The notes under the pieces are model-generated. The model did not search any database, had not been told where the DNA came from, and was given only the letters and a program-made list of their open reading frames with translations. From a virus (taxonomy: Duplodnaviria > Heunggongvirae > Uroviricota > Caudoviricetes): DNA of 5,058 bases. The translations under genes and the position numbers were made by a program. The stretch lies in the IMG/VR virus record IMGVR_UViG_2693429560_000008; one strand, written 5' to 3'. Of the stretch, positions 1-5,001 are shown piece after piece (the first letter of the stretch is position 1; each line of letters opens with the position of its first letter).

Positions 1-25
1 GGGAAAAATATCATCAGATGGCTGC

Positions 26-214
26 TTAAAAAAAGAACAAATGGTAGTGTCCGCTATTGCCAGTACACCTCAGGGTATAAGGGGTTATGGCCACCGGACT
101 ACCAAACGGCTGCCAGCCCTCTTTCAGTTTATGTGTCAGCTTTTCCGCAAGATCTGACGGCGGCGCCGCCCTGACAACATCATAGTGTTTAAATGCCATG
201 GTTCTTTCCACCAT
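26..214 (-). CDS. small prophage protein, possibly DUF1737-like
   Basis: Minus-strand ORF from the track. The second in-frame ATG (197-199) follows a GGAAAG RBS-like sequence, so the true start is probably 199 (MAFKHYDVV..., 57 aa). The stretch LAEKLTHKLKEGWQPFG resembles the short phage DUF1737 family from memory only. Confidence 0.45.
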   Translation of the reverse strand: MVERTMAFKHYDVVRAAPPSDLAEKLTHKLKEGWQPFGSPVAITPYTLRCTGNSGHYHLFFF

Positions 215-392
215 CTGAAAAATAATTCTTTAAAATACCTGACATGTAATACAGAAAAAACACAAAACCATACCTTAAATAAAAACCTGATTATCAAGCA
301 GATATGCATGGATAAACTACAAGACGAGATATAAACCACCCTGCATTTAAATAAACAATAAACAACATCAGAAAAATAATTCTGCTCTATGG

Positions 393-419
393 TTTACATT
401 CAAAAATATCATTTATACT
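393..419 (+). promoter_or_regulatory. putative sigma70-type promoter for the 111-aa ORF
   Basis: -35 TTTACA (393-398) and -10 TATACT (414-419) with a 15-nt spacer, about 40 nt upstream of ATG 460, in an AT-rich intergenic region. The short spacer makes this tentative. Confidence 0.3.
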
Positions 420-459
420 TTTCAGAACATCACCAGCAAGGCATAAACAAGGAAACTAA

Positions 460-795
460 ATGAAGTGGATTGTGATTGATACAGTTATCCAGCCATCATG
501 CGGAATATCTTTTTCAGTCATATGGAGTAAAATAAAATTAATAATCTGGTATCAATCGGATGCTTTCTTACCTCCTGAAAGTATATTTACACTGACTCAC
601 ACAGGCATCATGCTCAATAACAAAGTGCTACCTGTAACCATTTACAACGTAGTACCATTCAATAAAACATTCTGGAATTCAATCAAAAATAGCCAGGAAT
701 GCCCTACAAATACAGATAACGTATTGAATGAATGCTTTAATAACCGTTGCACTCTGCAAATATGTCCTTATGGACTAAAACAACAAAGTCCATAA
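460..795 (+). CDS. hypothetical protein, 111 aa, AT-rich cargo gene (copy 1)
   Basis: 336-nt ORF open in strongly AT-rich DNA where stops should be frequent. AGGA lies 6 nt before the ATG. An identical copy sits at 1834-2169. Five Cys residues; no family recognised. Confidence 0.5.
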   Translation: MKWIVIDTVIQPSCGISFSVIWSKIKLIIWYQSDAFLPPESIFTLTHTGIMLNNKVLPVTIYNVVPFNKTFWNSIKNSQECPTNTDNVLNECFNNRCTLQICPYGLKQQSP

Positions 796-814
796 GGAGT
801 TTACTCACATCTGA

Positions 815-851
815 CAAAATCAATATAAACAGCCCCTCCGGAGAGGGGCTG
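815..851 (-). terminator. intrinsic terminator-like hairpin, minus-strand orientation
   Basis: Perfect 9-bp GC-rich stem (830-838 with 843-851) and 4-nt loop. On the minus strand it is followed by the U-rich run GUUUAUAUUGAUUUUG. Confidence 0.4.
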
Positions 852-1046
852 GAGAGTGGCGCTATGTGCCATTGCATGGTGCCGGGTGCCTCCCGGTGAA
901 TTCAGTACCAGCACCTGAATCCGCGATTATCCCATATACCTACTCGCTGATTGCCCCTCCGCACAGGGGGATTCACCATGCCAGTTTCTTTTAACAAACT
1001 CCCCGCAAAACAGACAACTGTCAACCGTCTGAATTGTGAGACATTT

Positions 1047-1072
1047 AAAAAAAAGGCCCGCAAAAGCGAGCC
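1047..1072 (-). terminator. intrinsic terminator just downstream of the copy-1 tRNA cluster
   Basis: On the minus strand: stem GGCUCGC, loop UUUU, stem GCGGGCC (one G-U pair), followed by eight U. Lies in the 36-bp copy-1-specific spacer; absent from copy 2. Confidence 0.5.
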
Positions 1073-1086
1073 AGGGAAAATAAGTG

Positions 1087-1163
1087 TGGCGCGTTGTACT
1101 GGATTCGAACCAGTGACCGATTGCTTAGAAGGCAATTGCTCTGTCCGGCTGAGCTAACAACGC
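1087..1163 (-). tRNA. argO: tRNA-Arg, anticodon TCT (copy 1)
   Basis: 77-nt cloverleaf folded by hand from the reverse complement: acceptor GCGTTGT/ACAACGC, T-loop TTCGAAT, anticodon loop CTTCTAA, encoded CCA. Symbol assigned from the Stx-phage ileZ-argN-argO order, from memory. Confidence 0.85.
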
Positions 1164-1176
1164 ATGATGCAGATAA

Positions 1177-1253
1177 TGGACCGCCATCGGGGACTTGAAC
1201 CCCGCGCAGCCAGCTTCGAAGGCTGGCGCTCTTTCCTGATGAGCTAATGGCGG
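1177..1253 (-). tRNA. argN: tRNA-Arg, anticodon TCG (copy 1)
   Basis: 77-nt cloverleaf: acceptor CCGCCAT/ATGGCGG, D-stem GCTC/GAGC, anticodon stem CCAGC/GCTGG with loop CTTCGAA, T-loop TTCAAGT, encoded CCA. Unusual C1-G72 first pair. Symbol from cluster order, less certain. Confidence 0.75.
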
Positions 1254-1260
1254 TATGTGA

Positions 1261-1336
1261 TGGTGGCCCTTGCTGGATTTGAACCAGCGACCTGGCGATT
1301 ATGAGTCGCTCGCTCTCACCACTGAGCTAAAGGGCC
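1261..1336 (-). tRNA. ileZ: tRNA-Ile2, anticodon CAT (lysidine type, reads AUA), copy 1
   Basis: 76-nt cloverleaf GGCCCTTTAGCTCAGTGG...CTCATAA...GGTTCAAATCC...AAGGGCCACCA, very close to E. coli ileX-type tRNA-Ile2 as recalled. Anticodon loop CTCATAA. Confidence 0.85.
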
Positions 1337-1376
1337 GGGAGCCGCATAATAACGACGCGTAATTAATTCTTCAATA

Positions 1377-1743
1377 TCATCCGTTCTGGCTGACTAAATC
1401 CTGTACTTCCCGAACCGTCTGCTCAAAACGTTCAGTCTCCAGCTCAACGCCAATTGCACGACGCCCGAGCGCCAGTGCCGCTTTCACTGTCGAACCCAAC
1501 CCCATGAAAAAATCTGCAATCAGGTCACCCGGACGACTGCTAGCGCTGATTATCTGCTGCAGCATTTCTGCCGGTTTTTCGCACGGATGTTTCCCGGGAT
1601 AGAACTGCACCGGTTTATGCGTCCACACATCGGTATACGGCACCTGCACCGTCACGCCAAAATACCGCCGCAGATGTTTATATTCACTCAGCAGCTCCGC
1701 ATACTGCCGGTTCAGTGAGGTATACGTATCCACCAGCTGGTGG
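1377..1743 (-). pseudogene. 3'-terminal fragment of the N6-adenine DNA methyltransferase gene
   Basis: Encodes only the last ~122 codons of the 352-aa protein (the 118-aa track ORF begins at an in-frame GTG at 1731-1733), identical to the full copy. Keeps the FxGxG AdoMet motif but lacks the N-terminal DPPY catalytic motif. Broken at 1743/1744 where block A copy 2 begins. Confidence 0.8.
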
Positions 1744-1766
1744 AGAAAAATAATTCTGCTCTATGG

Positions 1767-1793
1767 TTTACATTCAAAAATATCATTTATACT
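1767..1793 (+). promoter_or_regulatory. putative promoter for the 111-aa ORF, copy 2
   Basis: Identical to 393-419: TTTACA, 15 nt, TATACT. Confidence 0.3.
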
Positions 1794-1833
1794 TTTCAGA
1801 ACATCACCAGCAAGGCATAAACAAGGAAACTAA

Positions 1834-2169
1834 ATGAAGTGGATTGTGATTGATACAGTTATCCAGCCATCATGCGGAATATCTTTTTCAGTCATATGGA
1901 GTAAAATAAAATTAATAATCTGGTATCAATCGGATGCTTTCTTACCTCCTGAAAGTATATTTACACTGACTCACACAGGCATCATGCTCAATAACAAAGT
2001 GCTACCTGTAACCATTTACAACGTAGTACCATTCAATAAAACATTCTGGAATTCAATCAAAAATAGCCAGGAATGCCCTACAAATACAGATAACGTATTG
2101 AATGAATGCTTTAATAACCGTTGCACTCTGCAAATATGTCCTTATGGACTAAAACAACAAAGTCCATAA
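1834..2169 (+). CDS. hypothetical protein, 111 aa, AT-rich cargo gene (copy 2)
   Basis: Identical to the ORF at 460-795. Confidence 0.5.
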   Translation: MKWIVIDTVIQPSCGISFSVIWSKIKLIIWYQSDAFLPPESIFTLTHTGIMLNNKVLPVTIYNVVPFNKTFWNSIKNSQECPTNTDNVLNECFNNRCTLQICPYGLKQQSP

Positions 2170-2188
2170 GGAGTTTACTCACATCTGA

Positions 2189-2225
2189 CAAAATCAATAT
2201 AAACAGCCCCTCCGGAGAGGGGCTG
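2189..2225 (-). terminator. intrinsic terminator-like hairpin, copy 2
   Basis: Identical to 815-851. Confidence 0.4.
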
Positions 2226-2449
2226 GAGAGTGGCGCTATGTGCCATTGCATGGTGCCGGGTGCCTCCCGGTGAATTCAGTACCAGCACCTGAATCCGCGA
2301 TTATCCCATATACCTACTCGCTGATTGCCCCTCCGCACAGGGGGATTCACCATGCCAGTTTCTTTTAACAAACTCCCCGCAAACCAGACAACAGTCAACC
2401 GCCTGAATTGTGAAGTATTTAAAAATTTCTCCCGCTAACTGATACCCGG

Positions 2450-2536
2450 CTAACAGTCTGGCGTTTTCTTTTTCAGCAACGGGAAAGCAACAACCACCAC
2501 ACCCGCCACCAGCACACCGTCAGCCAGCACTGACAT
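2450..2536 (-). CDS. possible 28-aa hydrophobic peptide
   Basis: Hand translation of the minus strand gives ATG...TAG: MSVLADGVLVAGVVVVAFPLLKKKTPDC, one hydrophobic stretch then KKK. No convincing RBS; could be a chance ORF in GC-rich low-complexity sequence. Confidence 0.15.
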   Translation of the reverse strand: MSVLADGVLVAGVVVVAFPLLKKKTPDC

Positions 2537-2616
2537 TATCCGGCTGCTGCAATGCCATTCACAAAAACAGTAAGCAATCACTTTTTACCGTAACAGGTGA
2601 TAATCCAGATATGTAT

Positions 2617-2970
2617 CTACCCCAGATGAGTAATCCGAAGTTCATCCATACCACAGGTCCTGGCTATTCTGTTGTACTCCTGAACAAGAGCAAATAATTC
2701 TGAATTAGCAACCATGAACTCATCGCAAACCCTCTGTATAGCATCACTATTCAGAATAATAACGTCTCTTCCCGAAAGACGATCAGGAGTACAGAACAAA
2801 ACTGTCAAACGGCTGAAGGCCTTTGCTCGTGCTGCATTGACTATATCAATACGCTGCCTAAGGATGAAACACCCCGACGCCTCATCAATATTCACTCTAC
2901 CCACACCATATGAATGATAAATATTTAATGCTGAAAAAACCATTAGACCGTATAACAAACACTCAATCAA
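2617..2970 (-). CDS. hypothetical protein, 108-117 aa, copy-2-specific cargo
   Basis: Minus-strand ORF from the track, which begins at a TTG. The first ATG is at 2941-2943 (MVFSALNIYHSYG...). Weak RBS. Lies directly downstream of the tRNA cluster in the slot where Stx phages carry stx, but has no resemblance to Stx A or B. Confidence 0.4.
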   Translation of the reverse strand: MIECLLYGLMVFSALNIYHSYGVGRVNIDEASGCFILRQRIDIVNAARAKAFSRLTVLFCTPDRLSGRDVIILNSDAIQRVCDEFMVANSELFALVQEYNRIARTCGMDELRITHLG

Positions 2971-3080
2971 TACTTAACAGAACTTTTATTTTTGACAAAC
3001 ATAAAATATTTTCAACAATATCCTGAGCCAGGTATATTTCAGTATAAGGCTCTGCCGGAAGGAATCTGGAAGAATGAATA

Positions 3081-3157
3081 TGGCGCGCTGTACTGGATTC
3101 GAACCAGTGACCGATTGCTTAGAAGGCAATTGCTCTGTCCGGCTGAGCTAACAACGC
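3081..3157 (-). tRNA. argO: tRNA-Arg, anticodon TCT (copy 2)
   Basis: Same as 1087-1163 except tRNA position 69 is G instead of A, turning the U4-A69 pair into a U4-G69 wobble. Confidence 0.85.
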
Positions 3158-3170
3158 ATGATGCAGATAA

Positions 3171-3247
3171 TGGACCGCCATCGGGGACTTGAACCCCGCG
3201 CAGCCAGCTTCGAAGGCTGGCGCTCTTTCCTGATGAGCTAATGGCGG
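3171..3247 (-). tRNA. argN: tRNA-Arg, anticodon TCG (copy 2)
   Basis: Identical to 1177-1253. Confidence 0.75.
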
Positions 3248-3254
3248 TATGTGA

Positions 3255-3330
3255 TGGTGGCCCTTGCTGGATTTGAACCAGCGACCTGGCGATTATGAGT
3301 CGCTCGCTCTCACCACTGAGCTAAAGGGCC
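3255..3330 (-). tRNA. ileZ: tRNA-Ile2, anticodon CAT (copy 2)
   Basis: Identical to 1261-1336. Confidence 0.85.
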
Positions 3331-3370
3331 GGGAGCCGCATAATAACGACGCGTAATTAATTCTTCAATA

Positions 3371-4429
3371 TCATCCGTTCTGGCTGACTAAATCCTGTAC
3401 TTCCCGAACCGTCTGCTCAAAACGTTCAGTCTCCAGCTCAACGCCAATTGCACGACGCCCGAGCGCCAGTGCCGCTTTCACTGTCGAACCCAACCCCATG
3501 AAAAAATCTGCAATCAGGTCACCCGGACGACTGCTAGCGCTGATTATCTGCTGCAGCATTTCTGCCGGTTTTTCGCACGGATGTTTCCCGGGATAGAACT
3601 GCACCGGTTTATGCGTCCACACATCGGTATACGGCACCTGCACCGTCACGCCAAAATACCGCCGCAGATGTTTATATTCACTCAGCAGCTCCGCATACTG
3701 CCGGTTCAGTGAGGTATACGTATCCACCAGCTGGTGGTGGAGCTTTTCCAGTTCACCACGCCGATGCTTCTCTTCTGCCACCCGGGCAAACAGCGCCTGT
3801 AATTTCAGATAATCGCTTTCATTCGGCAACTGCCACTGACCGGCACTGAACCAGTGCGACACCATGTTTTTCTTTCCTGTGGCATCTGCAATCTGTTTTG
3901 CCGTTATCCCCAGGGCAGCTCGCGCATCACGAAAGTAAGAAATCAGCGGGGCCATCACATGCTGTTTCAGTGCACTGCCCTTCGCCGCATACCCGGCATC
4001 TTTCGGACGATACGGCCCCTGATAATGTTCCGCGAACAGAATGCGCTCTGTGGCGGGGAAATACGCCCGCAGGCTTTCCTTGTTGCATCCGTTCCAGCGT
4101 CCGGACGGCTTCGCCCAGATAATATGGTTCAGCACACTGAAGCGTTCACGCATCATGATTTCGATATCAGATGCCAGGCGATGACCACAGAACAGGTAAA
4201 GACTTCCGGCAGGTTTCAGCACCCGCCAGAACTGCGCCAGACACTGGTCCAGCCACTTCAGGTAATCATCGTCGCCCTTCCACTGGTTATCCCAGCCCTC
4301 AGGCTTCACTTTAAAGTACGGCGGGTCCGTGACTATCAGGTCAACAGAATTTTCGGGTAACGACCGGATAAATTCCAGGCAGTCGGCGTTGATTAACTCA
4401 CAACTGGATATTTTTACAGTATTAAGCAT
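3371..4429 (-). CDS. N6-adenine DNA methyltransferase, beta-class, apparently orphan
   Basis: 352-aa ORF. Catalytic motif DPPY near the N-terminus (LIVTDPPY) and AdoMet-binding motif DFFMGLGST near the C-terminus; that motif order defines beta-class amino-methyltransferases. No restriction endonuclease partner in the window. Confidence 0.9.
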   Translation of the reverse strand: MLNTVKISSCELINADCLEFIRSLPENSVDLIVTDPPYFKVKPEGWDNQWKGDDDYLKWLDQCLAQFWRVLKPAGSLYLFCGHRLASDIEIMMRERFSVLNHIIWAKPSGRWNGCNKESLRAYFPATERILFAEHYQGPYRPKDAGYAAKGSALKQHVMAPLISYFRDARAALGITAKQIADATGKKNMVSHWFSAGQWQLPNESDYLKLQALFARVAEEKHRRGELEKLHHQLVDTYTSLNRQYAELLSEYKHLRRYFGVTVQVPYTDVWTHKPVQFYPGKHPCEKPAEMLQQIISASSRPGDLIADFFMGLGSTVKAALALGRRAIGVELETERFEQTVREVQDLVSQNG

Positions 4430-4461
4430 GGATCATTAAGCCTGTCTCTGATAGGCTCATT

Positions 4462-4551
4462 CTGCTTTTGCGCAAAGCAGTGGGCCTGAGGTTTGCTTGT
4501 GAACCCAACGCATGAGCAGATGGCTGGTGGGTGCCCCTAACACCCACCAGC
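4462..4551. promoter_or_regulatory. inverted repeats in the leader upstream of the methyltransferase gene
   Basis: Perfect 11-bp inverted repeat GCTGGTGGGTG / CACCCACCAGC (4523-4533, 4541-4551) with a 7-nt spacer, and a 7-bp inverted repeat CTGCTTT / AAAGCAG (4462-4468, 4474-4480). Neither is followed by a U-tract on either strand. Confidence 0.3.
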
Positions 4552-4565
4552 CGCCCATTTACCAC

Positions 4566-4593
4566 AAATAAAAAAGCCTTCACTGCGGAAGGC
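4566..4593 (-). terminator. intrinsic terminator after the 65-aa gene
   Basis: Minus strand: stem GCCUUC, loop CGCAGU, stem GAAGGC, followed by UUUUUUAUUU. The stem overlaps the stop codon of the 65-aa ORF. Confidence 0.5.
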
Positions 4594-4777
4594 GTCTGTA
4601 ACAACCGAACTGATAGTCTGCCAGACCCGCCATAACCAGCTGGGTCAGTATTAACTGGCAGCGTTCGCGTGAAAGGTAAGTATTCTGCGCTATCTCCCCG
4701 ACTGTCGCCGGTTCGGTAACGCTTAATTCATTAAACACCACTCTGGCGGTTTCTGTCATATCCTGCTGTTTTAGCAT
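4580..4777 (-). CDS. small putative DNA-binding protein, 65 aa
   Basis: AGGA sits 6 nt upstream of the ATG. The pattern TVGEIAQNTYLSRERCQLILTQLVMAGL is helix-turn-helix-like and weakly resembles FaeA/PapI-type winged-helix regulators, from memory. Confidence 0.5.
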   Translation of the reverse strand: MLKQQDMTETARVVFNELSVTEPATVGEIAQNTYLSRERCQLILTQLVMAGLADYQFGCYRRLPQ

Positions 4778-4896
4778 GTCTTTTCCTTTTCCGGTTAACG
4801 TGACACACCAATAACTCTTGTCGAAAAAGCCAGCAAGCTGAAAGACAGGTATTCACCGCCACCAGCGCGTTTACTGTACTGACGCGATTTCAGTCA

Positions 4897-4920
4897 TAAA
4901 AAACCCGCTCGGCGGCGGGT
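4897..4920 (-). terminator. tR'-like intrinsic terminator
   Basis: Minus strand: stem ACCCGC, loop CGCCGA, stem GCGGGU, followed by UUUUUU. About 65 nt downstream of the putative pR'. Confidence 0.55.
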
Positions 4921-4968
4921 TGTAGAAACTCTTCTAACGTCAGGCATAAAACGCCCATCGTTATGACG

Positions 4969-4996
4969 AATTTACCACAGATTCCGGAAAAATCAA
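4969..4996 (-). promoter_or_regulatory. pR'-like late promoter
   Basis: Minus strand: -35 TTGATT (plus 4991-4996), 16-nt spacer, extended -10 TGgTAAATT (plus 4969-4977). It sits between the end of the upstream ORF and the tR'-like terminator, the layout expected for a lambdoid pR'/tR' unit. Confidence 0.4.
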
Positions 4997-5001
4997 CCTT
5001 G

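Larger units (their letters stand above)
370..1051. repeat. block A, copy 1 of a large direct repeat
   Basis: Matches 1744-2425 at an offset of 1374. Identical through about 1009 on spot checks, then mismatches at 1010, 1019, 1028, 1040, 1041 and 1042 before homology ends at 1051. Confidence 0.9.
1087..1743. repeat. block B, copy 1 of a large direct repeat
   Basis: Matches 3081-3737 at an offset of 1994. Spot checks are identical except one substitution (1094 T versus 3088 C). Ends abruptly at 1743/1744. Confidence 0.9.
1744..2425. repeat. block A, copy 2
   Basis: Direct repeat of 370-1051. Left edge abuts the truncated methyltransferase, right edge diverges into the copy-2-specific 656-bp segment. 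Confidence 0.9.
3081..3737. repeat. block B, copy 2
   Basis: Direct repeat of 1087-1743; here the methyltransferase gene continues intact to 4429. Confidence 0.9.

Noticed and set aside
136-339. 67-aa minus-strand ORF
   Set aside because: Overlaps the better-supported 26-214 ORF in another frame and extends into an A-tract-rich intergenic region with no RBS; probably a chance ORF.
371-383. Fur-box-like reading of GAAAAATAATTCT
   Set aside because: Only a loose match to the Fur consensus as recalled; too weak to call.
902-1135. 77-aa minus-strand ORF
   Set aside because: Its start lies inside the tRNA-Arg gene on the same strand, and there is no internal Met downstream of the tRNA to rescue it.
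951-1157. 68-aa plus-strand ORF
   Set aside because: Starts at TTG and runs antisense through the tRNA-Arg gene. Only the short frame from ATG 978 is kept, as a low-interest finding.
2714-2917. 67-aa plus-strand ORF
   Set aside because: Fully antisense to the 117-aa ORF, with no RBS.
2425-3080. Shiga toxin genes in the slot after the tRNAs
   Set aside because: Looked for them because of the ileZ-argN-argO context, but the ORFs here do not resemble Stx A or B as recalled and are the wrong size.
2992-3192. 66-aa plus-strand ORF
   Set aside because: Runs antisense across two tRNA genes; an artefact of the open frame.
3854-4360. 168-aa and 74-aa plus-strand ORFs inside the methyltransferase gene
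   Set aside because: Antisense to a gene with clear catalytic motifs; such shadow ORFs are common, and these have no start context.
4422-4604. 60-aa minus-strand ORF
   Set aside because: Spans the structured intergenic region and overlaps the stop of the 65-aa gene and the start of the methyltransferase; no RBS.
4557-4979. 10-mer TGTGGTAAAT shared by the pR'-like -10 region (4970-4979) and the region after the 65-aa gene (4557-4566)
   Set aside because: A single 10-bp match is expected by chance several times in 5 kb; not treated as a second late promoter.
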